In this document: positions 27,050 to 41,500 of the stretch, one piece after another | Layout of the letters: every line of letters begins with the position of its first letter | Position numbering within the stretch: position 1 is the stretch's first letter | Origin: the human T2T-CHM13v2.0 reference genome, Homo sapiens | Reading direction: 5' to 3' (one strand) | Assembly: GCF_009914755.1 (NCBI RefSeq) | Contig: NC_060937.1 | Length of the DNA: 64,000 nucleotides | Translations under genes and position numbers: made by a program | Notes under the pieces: model-generated | What the model was told of the DNA's origin: nothing | Seen by the model: only the letters and a program-made list of their open reading frames with translations | Database searches by the model: none

Positions 27050-29336
27050 GGTGGTTGTTTGAATGTTTGGCCCTCCAAATCACATGTTGAAATTTGATCC
27101 CCAGTGTTGGAGATGGGGCCTAATGGGAAGTGTTTGAATGTTTCATGAATAGACTAATCCCCTCCTGGGGAGAACGGTAGGAGAGTTTTCACTCTATTAG
27201 CTTCCATGAAGCTGGTTGTTAAAAAGAGCCTGGGAGCTCCACTCTCTCTCTTGCATTCTCTCTTTCCATGTGATTTCTGCACATGCTGGCTCCCCTTCAT
27301 CTTCTTTCATGAGTGGAATCAGCCTGAGGCTTTTACCAGATGCCCAGTTTTCTAGCCAGCAGAATCATGAGAAAAATAGACCTCTTTTCTTTAAAAATTA
27401 CCCAGCCTCAGGTATTTCTTTGTAGATACACTAAAAAGACTAAGACATAAAATTTTAAAGAGGAGTACAGTGTTGCTATAAAAATACCAGAAAATTAGGA
27501 AGCAACTTTGGAATTGGGTAATGACAGAAGTAGAACGAGTTTGGAGGGCTCAGAAGAAGAAAAATGGATGAGGAAAAGTTTTGAACTTCTTAGACACTGG
27601 TCAAGTTGTGAGAAAAATGCAGATAGAAACAAATAGTAAAGCCTGTGCTGATGAAGTTACAGATGAAAATGAGGAACTTGGGAACTGGAGCAAATGTCAC
27701 CCTTACTAAGCCATAGGAAAGAACTTAGCTGCATTGTGTCCATGTCATAGAAATTTGTGAAATGCTGAACTTAAGAGGGATCATGTAGGCTATCTGGTGG
27801 AAGAAATTTCTAAGCAGTAAAGTGTTTGAGAAGTAGCAGGGCTACTGTCAACACCTTATGATCAGATATGGCAGCAAAGGAATGATCTAAAGGTACAAAT
27901 TATAATTAAATGAGAAGCAGAGCATACAAATTTGGAAAATCCTGGAAATGTGTTTGAGAAGGAAAGAGGATTTTCAGGTGAGTAACTGAAGGGTACTGTG
28001 GAACAACCACTTGCTAGAGAGGTTAGCATGGCTAAAAGGGAGCCAGTTGCTCATAGTCAAAACAGTAACAGAAAGGCCCTGAAGGCATTTTAGGAATCAT
28101 CAAGGCCCCCTCTCCACTCCCATCGCAGGCCCAGAGGCATAGGATAACAGAATGATTTTAGGGGACAGGCCTGGGATGCTGCTATGCTGACTACCTCAGG
28201 ATGTTGCTTCCCACATCCCAGCTGCTCTGGCTCTAGCCACGGTTCAAATGGCCTCAGGTACTGCTCTCACTGCTGCTTCTGTAAGACAAGCCATGAGCCT
28301 TGGCAGCATCCATGTGCTGTAAAGTCTGTAGGCACACAGAATGCAAGAGCCGTATAGACTTGGAAGTTTCCATCTAGATTTCAGAGGAGTATCAAAAAAC
28401 CTGGGTGTCCAATCAGAAGCCTCCATAGGAGTGGAGCCATCACAGAGAACCTCAACTAAGGCAATGCTCCACAGAAATGTGGGTTTTGAGCCCCATACAG
28501 AAAGTCTCCACTGGGGCAATGCCTAGTGGAGCCATGGGATCAGAGCTGCCATGGTGACCACAGAATTATACAGCCACCAACAGTATGCCACTTTAGCCTG
28601 GAAAAGGCATAGACATTTGACTTCAACTGCTGAGAGCAGCCAGTAGGGCTGCATTCAGAAAAGCTAAGAAAGTGGGACTGCTTAAGATGTAGGGAGCCTA
28701 CCACTGGCCCCAGGGTGCCCAGGAAGAGGGACATGCCATCATGGGATATTTTGGAGCTTTAGGATTTAACATCTGCCTGCTGGGTTTTGAATTTTGTTTT
28801 GGCCGATTTCTCCTTTTTGGAATGAGACTTTTTACATAATGCCTGTATACCAATTGTGTCTTGGAAGTAAATAACTTGTTTTTGATTTTACAGGCCCACA
28901 TCTTTAAGGAACTTGCCTCAAGTCTGAAATGAGACTTTTGACTTGGCACTTTTGAGTTAGTGCTGGAACATGTTAAGAATTTTGGGGACTATTGGGAGAA
29001 GATGATTGTGTTTTTCAACATGAGAAATACGTGAGATTTTGGGGGGACCAGGGACAGAATGCTATAGTTTGGATGGATGTTTGTCCCCTCTAAATCTCAT
29101 GATGAAATTTGTTTCCCAATGTTGGGGATGGGGCCTAGTGGGAGGTATTTGAGTCATGAGGGCAGTTCCTCATGAATAGATTAATGATCTTCCTGAGGTG
29201 AGGGTGAGTGAGCTCTTGCTCTTTTAGTTAGCGTGAGAGCTAGTTGTTAAAAACAGCCGGGCACTTCCTCTCTTTCTCTCTCTCTCTTGCTTCCTTTTTC
29301 ACCATGTGATCTCTGCATTTGTCTTCTACCATGAGA
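27050..29336 (+). mobile_element. MST (MSTB1-like) MaLR: 5' LTR ~27050-27447, internal 27448-29059, truncated 3' LTR 29060-~29336
   Basis: LTR 'gttgaaatttgatcccc..catgaataga..gttgttaaaaagagcctgg..aattacccagcctcaggtatt..gactaagaca'; MaLR internal; second LTR starts tgctatagtttggatg. Confidence 0.92.
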
Positions 29337-31114
29337 AATATCCTGTAAGATACATGTAGGCAATATACTCTAAATATATAGCAATTTTCAAAATATAAAA
29401 TTATAAATACATGGTGTGTGGATTTGATTTAATGATGATGACATGTAAGTTCTTTTTACACCAGGATGCACTTATGTATTTAATTAATTTTAAAATAACA
29501 GTTGGTACAAATGTTTGAGGAGTACTGAATGTTTTGTTTAATTTTTGTAGGTCTTTGCCTTACACTTTAATAAGGGGACAGTGTGATCTTTAAGAATAAG
29601 TTAAAAATTACGTCCTTTGCTTCTGAATTCAAAAATAGGGGTATTTTTAAAAGTGCTTCGGGATTAGACCCATAAATATATAAACAAATGTAAAAGGAAC
29701 CCATTGTAATTTTTTTATTATTTACATTTTCAATTATTTCATTTCTTAGCAAATGACAAGCTTTGAATCACATGTGATTACTTTAACACCAAAAATGATT
29801 TTGAATACAGTCATCAGTAACATCTTTTAAAAAAATCTGCATGATTTTCTGTGTCACTTTTAACCACTTTTAACCAAAAGTGACAGAGAAATAGTTGAAA
29901 TATAATGGAAGATGGGCACATGGGAAATATTTGATTTTTTCCAGGCCAACTTGTATTTCAGAGGGAAAATATCTTCAACTTACAATCATGTCAAAGCTAT
30001 ACCTGAGAAGAAAGAAATCTTGAAGAGCAATAGTATAATTGTGCTGTAAGATAATAAAACTTTCAAATTCACCAACATGATATTCAAGATCTTCCTGAAT
30101 TTATAATAAATACTAAATTTTATATCTGATACCCTATCTATTTATTTTATTTCATCTGTCACATCTTTCAACACAAAATCAATATAAGTTACAATCTACT
30201 ACTTATGCAAAAATGTATAGCAAATAAATAGAGAATATTAGTACTGGCAGTTTACCTAATGAGATGCTGCTTCAAATGTGCAAGCTTGGCAAATGACTTG
30301 TAAAGTGTCATTGGAAATTAAAAATAGCCACATTTCATGAAAAGTTGCAGCAACCAGAGACTGCAAATGTCTTTTTTTACTTAGTTCAGATTCCTAAACC
30401 TCTGCCTATTTGACAAGATGATATAAATTCATAGTGCAAAAATAGGCACAAATAACATCTGATTACATATAACATATGTACACATATATGTACACATATA
30501 ACGTGATTCCTTTCAAGAGAAAATTTGGAAGAACAATAACATGGAATACTTTTATGTGATTCTGAGTTTGCTCTGTAAATTGCTATGTTTTATTTTTTAT
30601 AGAGAGCACCAATTCAACCTTTATTTTATATCTCTGTAAGTCTACTTGGGTAGTGATACCACAAAAGAATCCTTAATAAATATTTACATATAATAGTAGA
30701 TTTTAGAAATCATAAACCATATGTCAGCATAAACAATTTTACAAATGAGATACTATTTCAAAAAGTTTAAGGCCTGGGGCAATAATGGTTATTTACATTA
30801 CATTTTTATAACACTATTTTCACCTATCTCAGCTCTCATTTCATTAGATAGAAAGCACAAAAAAGTCTTTTTTTTTTTGCCTGTCATGACTGTAAAGATT
30901 TTTTAGAAACTTTTATTTAAGTTGCAATATATCATTTTGTATTCCTTGTCAGAATTATATTTCCTGCAGGAATTTTATGTGTTCCTTCAAACATAACAGA
31001 GTTTCTGCTCTTCAACCATTAGACAATTGTTCCAGTAGATCTTGAGGCTTTGCAGACCTTTACATGACTACTGAAACTGGAGACTTGAGTAAATCTGCTC
31101 CCTAAAGATTTTAA

Positions 31115-31241
31115 GGCAGGGTGCAGTGGCTCACATCTGTAATCCCAGCACTTTTGGAGGCCAAGGTGGGCAGATCACTTGAGTCCAGGAGTTCGAGACC
31201 AGCCTGGACAACATGACAAAACCCATCTCTACCAAAAAAAA
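31115..31241 (+). mobile_element. Alu left monomer (FLAM_C/AluJ-like)
   Basis: ggcagggtgcagtggctcac...gatcacttgagtccaggagttcgagaccagcctgg...tctctaccaaaaaaaaa; no right arm. Confidence 0.9.
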
Positions 31242-32669
31242 ACCCCCAAAACAAAAACACACAAATACACAAAAACCTTTACAACAACTTATTCAAGTAT
31301 ATAAGGTTTTAAAATTTTAATAACCAAGTATTTTTCTTTGCCCTTTTCAATTTTTATATGATTACTTATTAATGCAATTATTTATTCTATGAATTTTGCA
31401 ATAATTTTTAAAGTATATATACCAATTCATAAAACTTTAATACAGAAGCATATTACATAAATAAATGTTTTTTAAATTTATTCCTCCTATCATCCCTTTC
31501 TTCACAGGTATTCAGATTTTTGAATCTGGTATTTATTATTCCAAAACTTTTCACTACACATATATGTTTTCTCCTTTATAAATTTTGATTTAAGTAAACC
31601 AAGATATTTATTGAATTATGTTTTCCATATCTCCCACCATTTTCATTCCCTTTGGAAAACATTGGTGATCTAGTGTGTTTGACTTCATGCATTTTTCATT
31701 TTATAAAAATACAATTATATATGTATTTGGAACTTATTTGCTTTTTAAAAATATCAACTATAAATACTTTAAATGACGTTTCTCATTAAAAATGCATATT
31801 GTACACAAACTCTTAGATAAGTCTCTAACTCATTCATTTACAAGACAAAATATACCTCCTTGTGGGTATTCTACTTACCCACTCATCTATCTACCACAGA
31901 TATTCATATTGCTTTCAAACTTTTTTAAAATGTAATAATTGCTATACACCCTTGACCATATGCCTGCTATTTTATTATTATATAATAAAACACAAAATGA
32001 GGAGTTATTTTATGTTACTTATACTTTAATTGTAATAGATTTAGTCAAATTGTGAGATATTTTAACAGTGCTATCAGATGTTTATTAAGATATACTTATA
32101 CTGTATGTTTGTGTTAATTCTTAGATAATCTCTGTTTTTATGACATAAAATCATCTATTAAAGAATATGGCAAGTCTCTCTGTTTGTGTGGAAGTTTTGC
32201 ATATCCTCCGCCCACCCCTGTGTCTTACTATGATTTTATATTTAATTTCAATGCAACATTCACTTTTTGTTAAATGTATATTTTAGTTTATGCTGCTATT
32301 TTTCATAGGCTTTTATGTTTTTCTTTTTAATTTCTAACATGTTACTATGATTGTAGAGAAAAGCAATATTTTCATTCATTCATCAGATCCTTACCTCACT
32401 TCTACCAACACAGAACCTTGGAGTTTTATTTGTTTAATTAATTGTTCTTTGCCAATCAGCTAGGTGGAAAATATCTCACCAATTCCATTTTTTAACCTTA
32501 AGGGTAGCCACATCATTGTTTATTACAGAGCTACTTTCTGAAGAATCATTCTACATGCCTTATGACGTTAATATTTGCCCCTCCTTCACTATTTCTTGTT
32601 GGCTAAGACTCATTTACTTTGTCATTTTCCTTTTCTAAATAGAATACAAAACATTCTTGGTGTAAGTTT

Positions 32670-32764
32670 GTAATAAAGAATCAGACTCCATTTTCAATGT
32701 TTGACTGCTGAACACTTTCAGGCCCCAGCCCTACCATTTTCCCTTTTTCCTTATACCTGGGAGA
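32670..32764 (+). mobile_element. ERV LTR 5' fragment (family uncertain)
   Basis: 'tgtaataaagaatcagactccattttcaatgtttgactgctga..ctttcaggcccc' looks like an LTR start; cut by L1. Confidence 0.45.
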
Positions 32765-33130
32765 GCAGCACTATTCACAATAGCAAAGATATGGAATCAA
32801 CCTAAGTGTTCACCAATGGAAGAACACTTCATAAAGAAATGTGGTATATGTACACAAATGAATACTATTCAGCCATAAAAAGAATAAAGTCATGTCTTTT
32901 GCAGCAACATAGATGGAACTGGAGGCCATTATCTTAAGTGAAACAACTCAGAAACAGAAAGTCTAGTACTGTATGTGTTCTCACTTATAAATGAAAGCTA
33001 AATAATATGTACAAATGGGGATAGAGTGTGTAATGATGGACATTGCAGATCATGAAGGGTAGTGGGGGGCAGAAGAGAATGGGGGATGAGAAATTACTTA
33101 ATGAGTATAATGTACATTATTCAGGTCATG
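32765..33130 (+). mobile_element. L1PB/L1MA-type 3' fragment
   Basis: 'gcagcactattcacaatagcaaagatatggaatcaacctaagtg...gagaaattacttaatgagtataatgtacattattcagg'. Confidence 0.9.
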
Positions 33131-34793
33131 TGATATGGTTTGTTTGTGTCCCCATCCAAACCTCAACTTGTATTGTAAATTGCACAATTCCTATGTGTCA
33201 TGGGAGGAACCCAGAGGGAGATGGTTGAATTATGGGCAGGGAGGTCTTTCCTGCATTGTTCTCATGATGCTGAGTCTCACAAGATCTGACAGTTTTTAAA
33301 AAATGGAAGTTTCCCTGCACAAGCTCTCTTTTTGCCTGCTGCCATCCACGTAAGATGTGACTTGCTCCTCGCCATGTAGAACTCTAAGTCTAATTAAACC
33401 TCTTTCTTTTGTAAATTGCCCAGTCTCGGGTATGCCTTTATCAGCAGCATGAAAACGGACTAATACAATAAATTGGTACTGAGAATGAGACTTTGCTGAA
33501 TAGATACCTGAAAATGTGGACATGACTTTGGAACTGGGTAACAGACAGAGGTTAGAACAGTTTGGAGGGCTCAGAAGAAGATAGAAAAATATGCGGAAGT
33601 TTGGAACTTTCTAGAGACTTGTTGAATGGCTTTGCCCAAAATGCTCATAGAGATACGGACTGAGGTTGTCTCAGATGGAAATGAGGAACTTGTTGGGAAC
33701 TGGAACAAAGGTGACTCTTGTAATGTTTTAGCAAAGAGACTGGCAGCATTTTACCCCTGCCCTAGAGATTTGTGGAACTCTGAACTTGAGACAGATGATT
33801 TAGGGAATCTGGTAGAAGAAATTTCTAAGCAGCAAAGCATTCAGGAGGTGGCTTTGGTGCTATTAAAAGCATTCAGTTTTAAAAGGGAAAAAGAACATAA
33901 AAGTTTGGAAAATTTGCAGCCTGACAATGTCATAGAAAGGACAACCTCATTTTCTTTTTTTTTTCTTTTAAATTTTATTATTATTATACTTTCAGTTTTA
34001 GGGTACATGTGCACAATGTGCAGGTTTGTTACATATGTATACATGTGCCATGTTGGTGCACTGCACCCATTAACTCGTCATTTAGCATTAGGTATATCTC
34101 CTAATGCTATCCCTCCCCCTCCCCCCACCCTATAACAGTCCCCAGAGTGTGATGTTCCCCTTCCTGTGTCCATGTGTTCTCTTTGTTCAATTGCCACCTA
34201 TGAGTGAGAACATGTGGTGTTTGGTTTTTTTGTCCTTGCGATAGTTTGCTGAGAATGATGGTTTCCAGTTTCATCCATGTCCCTACAAAGGACATGAACT
34301 CATCATTTTTTGTGGCTGCATAGTATTCCATGGTATATATGTGCCACATTTTCTTAATCCAGTCTATCGTTGTTGGATATTTGGGTTGGTTCCAAGTCTT
34401 TGCTATAGTGAATAGTGCCACAATAAACATACGTGTGCATGTGTCTTTATAGCAGCATGATTTATAGTCCTTTGGGTATACACCCAGTAATGGGATGGCT
34501 GGGTCAAATGGTATTTCTAGTTCTAGATCTCTCATTTTCTGAGGAGAAATTCAAGCCAGCTGCAGAAATTTACCTCAGTAACAAGGAGCCTTATGTTAAT
34601 CCCCAAGACAATGGGGAAAATGTCTCTAGGACATATCAGAGGTCTTCACGTCAGGCCTGGAGGCCTAGGAGAAAATGGTTATGTGGGCTAGTCCCAGGTT
34701 CCCCATGCTGTGTGCAGCCTAGGCACTTGGTGCCTTGTGTCCCACTCACTTCAGCCATGGCTGAAAGGGACCAACGTAGAGCTCAAGCCATGG
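33131..34793 (+). mobile_element. THE1B-type element: 5' LTR 33131-33467 plus partial internal, split by L1PA, 3' part lost
   Basis: tgatatggtttg...ggactaataca, then THE1-int; resumes after the L1 at 'ctcattttctgaggagaaattcaagcc'; stops at 'gctcaagccatggc'. Confidence 0.95.
33956..34530 (-). mobile_element. Young 5'-truncated L1PA (L1PA2-4-like), ~575 bp
   Basis: Near-consensus L1PA 3' UTR; ORF 34107-34535 is the ORF2 C-terminus (DLELEIPFDPAIPLLG); perfect 10 bp TSD ctcattttct at 33946-33955 and 34531-34540. Confidence 0.97.
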
Positions 34794-36403
34794 CAACTAA
34801 AACCCACATTCTTAACCACCGTTGGATTAAAAAATAATGATTCCATGTTTGGCATTAATATGTGCCATGTCACCAACTTCTGATAGGGTCTCAAAAAATA
34901 TAATCAAGCCAAAGAAACATAAAAACATTTTCAAAAAGCAACAAAAACATTTTATAAAAATTCACTTTCTGTCTTATCTTAACGAGATTTTATTTTATAG
35001 CATTTTTTGAGAGTGCAGTCCATTTACTTTATTAATTTTGAGGCACTAAATCAGGCAACTGATTATAACAAATGCATCATGGCCAAATTTAAGTGATTAG
35101 GATATAAAAAGGTATACATTTTCTTCTCTTTTTAGGTGCCTATGATTAAATTTTCATAAAGGATATTTATAGTTGTCAAAAACTCGGCTCAAATTTTAAT
35201 AAGCTCCTATTACTCAGAGTTAAAAAATAAAATATTCCTACATTATTTGGCTTCATATAACTTCTGCAACACTTGATGTGTAGTTAATGCCCTTTCATCT
35301 CTATAAATAATGACAATATTTGGTAGTTTCATTTATCAAAGACAAAATCTTGACCACAAATTTTAAAGATGTCTAGCAGCAAGTGGCTTGTAGTTTTGAT
35401 GATAAATGGAATAATTTCTCCATGGCTGCAAATTGAAATAAAAGTTGATAGAATAGTAAAGCATTAGGCTTTACATATATTTGAGAGATTGGTTTATAGA
35501 TAATAAAGTTGAAATTCAAATAATTTAAGTGGCTCATGTTAAATCACACAGATGGTGATTGTCAGATTAAGTACTACAACACTAGTCTCTGCACTAGGTA
35601 TTAAAACAGCCATCCAATATTGACGGAGCACAGGCTAAGTGTCAGGTCTGCCCACAATTGTGAGTATGAAGTGATGAGACAATTTATCTTTCTCTGCACT
35701 ATACAATGTTTTGGGCAGATATAGGTGATTTACTGCAGAAATAATTATTAGTTGATTGACTCTCTATCTTATGAAAACAAAGTAAGAAAATGACTGGTTT
35801 AAAAAATAGATAGTAGTTAAGATGCAGCACTAGTCTACACACCCAGATTCTGTCTCCATTTTTTGCTAAAAAAGCTTGATCCTCTACCGATTGCTACTGA
35901 TGTTCTTGTACCACTTGCAACATTTTAACCAAGGAAGAGCTAAGTTAGTGCAACTGTAAAAGAGAAAATATGTGAAGTTGTATTCCACATCATCACCACT
36001 TCAAACTCTGCACTTTTATCCTTCTACCAGGTTGGACAAAGTCTCAGTATGTGAGATCGTCTGGGTTTCGAAGGGTAGGAGGCAACCACTTTTTGTTTCT
36101 TTCTTGAGAAATGTTAAAATTTCACTCAATCTCAAATCACTGTGCATAAATGTGCATATGTAATTTTCATTATAAAAAATACTTAGAAAAATGCTTAGTA
36201 TCAAACACAGGGAAAATAAGAAGAAGTTAATAAACTTTCGTTTATTGTTGGAGAGACCTGCAATTACTACTTTCAGAATAGTTCTTTATATTTGTAATTG
36301 GAAACATTTAATGTAAACATTGGGCAGTCAACAATTTTTAAGTTATTCTGCACACAAGGTAAAATTGACTTAAAATTTGTTTTTATAGGAAGAAGTGTTG
36401 AGA

Positions 36404-36690
<287 letters not shown>

Positions 36691-38288
36691 GGAGGTGGTG
36701 AGATATAGGGAGCAAAACATATAAGAATTCAGGACAGTTGAATGCTCATATTTAATTGGGAAATGTGGGGCAATGATTATCACCTCTTTATCCTTATGCT
36801 CTCTCTGCTGTAAAAACAAAGGTATTTGAACACCCACATAATCCTTATTTTGACTCAAGTTTCTTCTTTCAATGTTTCATCAGAAAATAAGAGCTATCCT
36901 CTTTTTCCAGAACATTCGTCATGTGTACTTAAATTCTAAATTATGCTACTGTATAGTTTTCAAAATTAAGTTGTAAATTTATTTTGCATGACTACCAATG
37001 AGAGGAGCAGAAGTTTTACTCTTTCTTTTAGTTGTAGCAGAACATGCAGGTAAGACTATAAATAAACAGCCATTTGGTGTTTAACCACAAGTTGGATTTA
37101 ACATTCTTGACATGATTTAGTTGCTAATAACCTAGCAGTAGAGTGACTTACTGGGTTCCAGAGCTCAAAATGTTTAGATAGGCTGCCCGTCTGTTGCTTA
37201 ATTTTAATTATGTCTATGTATTTAAATAGATGATAATCAGCTCTTGTACTAAAAGTGAGAGCAGGTTTTCTACTCTGAGTTTTATCAAAGTAAGTTTAAA
37301 GTTAGTAGAATATGGACTATATAAGAAGCTATGTTGATACCTGATTGTCCTCAATCATTCATTGTCATGTAACAACTTTTATTAAAATCAATCGATAGAT
37401 TAAAATAGCACTCTAAATTTATTTTAAAATCTGAAATTCAATAATTTGAAGGTAAAACTTTTAAAAACATTTTGGGCAGAAAATTAATGGTCCCTCTGTA
37501 TATCCCAGAGGTCACACATTTATAAAGCCTGCGTATACCAGTAGTAAACCACAGCAATGACATACATCTGAAACACTAAAATAATATGAAATGAAATGTC
37601 AATTATCCTCAATGTTTGAAAGAAAGAAATAACTGTGTTCTAATTTTTCTCACACAAGAATTTAATTTCGACTAGCTCATTAATTTGCCTTTTAGATAGA
37701 CTTGTTGAGCATGGACTGAGAGCAAGGCCAGTCAGCTGAGCAGCTGCTTGGGATGTCCAAACTAAAGAGCAATTGAGATATGTATGTCAGTTAACTCAAC
37801 TTTCCGTGCAGGTTGTTTTCCATGCACTGTGAAATGGAAATTGTTCCTACTCCCAAGTATTATAAAACCACATCTGGTGAGACAAAAGAGTATGAAAGCA
37901 CCCTTCATGGGCACAGAAGTCATCTACACCAAGAAAAATGTTGAAAGACATTTGAAGAATATGGAATGTAAAGGATAAGCAAATTTTATTATCAGTTGTG
38001 TTCTTGCCTAGTGTATGGATTAGGGGTCTGAAAAATTTATTCTATTTTTTATATACAAATCAAATAGGAAATAAACAATGTCTTTCAGATTTTAAATAAC
38101 TCTGATGTTTTTAAAATTATATGTAGAAAATTGTCTCAAAAAGTATCCTTAATATGCAAGATGTTGAAGGAGACGAAATTTCACTCTTCTTCTTTTTCTT
38201 AGTCAAATTATGCAATTTCTTATTATGTTTGTGTCTATATTTTCTGGAGTTTAGAGACTAGAATTCATGTAATAAAAGAATAAAATTT

Positions 38289-38577
38289 GGCTGGGTGTAG
38301 TGGCTCACACCTGTAATCCTAGCACTTTGGGAGACTGAGGTGGGTGGGTCACTTGAGGTCAGAAGTTTGCCTCCAGCCTGGCCAACATGGTAAAACTACA
38401 TCTCTACTAAAAATACAAATATTAGCCAGGTTTGATGGTGGGTGCCTGTAATCTCAGCTACTCAGGAGGCTGAGGCAGGAGAAGCAGTTGAACCCAGGAG
38501 GCAGAGGTTGCAGTGAGCTGAGATCACGCTACTGCACTCCAGCCTGGGAGACACAGTGAGACTCCATCTCAAAAAAA
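38289..38577 (+). mobile_element. AluS (Sx/Sz-like)
   Basis: Full dimer; TSD aaaagaataaaat on both sides. Confidence 0.95.
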
Positions 38578-41500
38578 GAATAAAATATGAATACCTTAGT
38601 GAACCAATTGAGTTCAGATTGAGTAAGTGATGGCTTGAACAATTTGGGTGCTTGCTTAGGTTACTGGTGTGATTAGATTTCTAGGCAGTTGGGCAGGAAG
38701 CAGAAAAAATATGAAATTTCAACAGAAACAGGAATTTAGGAAATAGGGCTGATTTCTCAGCATATCTTGGTTGGAATAAAAGAAAACTGGATCCTAAGTT
38801 TTAGAGTGCATGCTTTGGAAAACAGAGGGAATTTTCAGGAATATCTTATAAAGAATGTAAAAGCACTTAACAGATATGTGCGGAACTACAAAGCCTAGAT
38901 AGAGTTAGTTAAATCTCTAAATGGCAATATTGAAAGGGACAACTTCAGGAAAATGCTTAATCAAACTAGGGGAGGTAAAAACTGAATGAACTGGATTATA
39001 GATTTCAGCTTCAACATGTCAAGAGCTTGAAATGCATCACTCCTGTACTTACAATAAAGAGTTGGACAAACTGAAAGCACAATTACTTATTGAGACCTTT
39101 TAGAAAACTGAGTCACAGGGAAATGGCTATGCTGAAATCTTGAGAGGCAGGATCATCCAGAGAGACATAGCCAAGATCTGCTTATCTGCAGCAGAAGCCA
39201 CTGGAGCCATCAACTGACAGGAACATACGCAAGGTACATTTGATAAAGTTGAAGTTGAATTTGGATTAGCATAGATTGAGAAACTACTTGGAGGTTGCAA
39301 TCTTTGTAGGGCCCCCAAACTTTCATGTACTTCTCTCAGAATCCCGTCAGATATTAATGGAGAAGAAATGCAAAAGATCTCTTCATAATTCTGGCAGGAT
39401 GAGATAAAGCATAACCATTGTGAAATACACCCAGAGGCTTCTCCATTAAAAAATATACTCTGCCCTTGAGAAGACTTTGTAAGACCCTTATCCTACCTGG
39501 GAGAATTACATTTCTCCCATTCCAGCTCCTCTAACCTGTCTGTCTCATATGAAGACAAAACAAAAAATCCAAACTCAACTGGGGTCATGGTTTCAAGGAA
39601 ATGGATTGGGAAAGTTACATCTGAGTGGAGTAGAGCTTGTAGCAAGGCAGCTATACCACTGAAGAAATGGTAAAGTTACAGCCAAGGAAAGAATCAGTGA
39701 GCCTAGAAACAGATCAAGAAACTTGGCAATCTGAAACATAAAGAGAAAAAAGATGAAAAATAAAGAAAAATAAAGAAAAGAATACATAACTGTGCGGGGA
39801 AAAAAGTGTAACACACACACATTCAGAATGCCAGAAGGAGAAGAAAGAAAACAAAAAAGAACAGAAAAAATAATTTAAATAATAATGGTTGAGACTTTTC
39901 CAAAATTAATGACATACTCAGAACCATAGATCCAGGATGTTCAGGAAACATTGATGATTACCTAAATACGTCCCCCGCAAAGACTCCACTACAAATAACT
40001 TATTCCTATTATATTCAAACTGAAAAAAATGCAATGAGGCAGAAATCTGGAAAAAGCCAGAGATAAAAATGTCTATAAAGCAACAAGGATAAGAATCAAA
40101 GCAAACTTTCTCTTAGAAACTATGTAAGCAAAAAATGTAAAGGGAAACATCTAAAGTGTTGAAACAAAACAAAAATGAAAAACACGAAACACCAACGTGG
40201 AATTCTATATCCAGATAATATATCCTTCAGTATGAAGAAATAAAACATTCTTAAAAAAAAACAGAGAATTTATCATCAGCAAATATATTCTAAAAGAAAT
40301 GCTAAAAGTAGTTCTTCAGGCAGAAGAAAAAATAGTGTAGGTTAGAAACTTATGTGCATAAAGAAAGGAAGAATTTTAGAGAAGGAATAAATGGTGATAA
40401 AATAAAATCTTATATTTTTTATTCTTATTTGATCTGAAGGATAGGTGACTGTTATAATAATAGTGACAATGTATGGGATGAATATAACCTATTGATGAGT
40501 GGTATTAATGACAATCAGTTAATGATAATATAACCAGGGTTGGGAGAAAGCAATTGTGAATATTCCATTACTTAAAGGTGAATTTTGATTAGTTAAAAAG
40601 TATATTATATGCTGTAGGTATATCTCTATTTTTTTAAATAAAAACAAGTATAAGTGAGAAACTATAAAATGGAATCATATAAAATATTCAGTTAAAAGAA
40701 GATAAGGCAGAAAAAGCAGGCAAAAAGAAGTAAGAAAAATGCATTGAAATCAAACAATTACAAACATGGTAGATATTAATCCAACTATACCACCAATTAC
40801 TTTAAACATGAATTGTCCAAATATACCAATTAAAAAACATAGATGATCAGAATGGTTAAAAACCAAAACAAGACTCGCCTGTATGTTGTCCACAAGAAAC
40901 CCTATTTAAAGAAAAACACTGATTGATTGGTTCAAAAAAAGGGATGGAGAAAAATATACCATGCAAGCACCAGTCTAAAGAAAGCTGCAAAAATTATTAA
41001 TTTCAGAGAAAGCAGATTTCAGAATCAGGGAACTGCTCAGGAATAAAGAGAGACACAGTTATAAAGAAGTCAATTTCCCAGTAAGAAATAACAATATCAT
41101 ACATGGATACACTTAACTAGAAAAACAAAATGAGGACAAAATTGGCAGACTGAGAGGAAAGTAGGCAAATTCACTATTATAGTTGAAGACTTCACTGTTT
41201 CTTGGTTAGTAATTTATAGATCAGACAAGAAAAAATTCAGTGAGGATACAGATGACCTGAACAACACACCAACCAACTTCATCTATTTGTTAACTATACA
41301 ATATGCCAACCAACCACAACACCATACACATTTTTTTCTCAAGCTCAAATGAAGAACTCAGAAAAATAAACCACATTCTGGGTTATAAAACACAACTCAA
41401 AACATTTAAAATAATAGTAATCACATAAAGCATGTTCTTAGACAACAATGAAACTAAATTAGAAATCAATAATATAAAATATATTTAGAAATCAAACAGC

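Noticed and set aside
34107-34535. 142 aa ORF with recognisable protein sequence
   Set aside because: C-terminus of L1 ORF2p in a 5'-truncated insertion, frameshifting into the 3' UTR; not an independent CDS.
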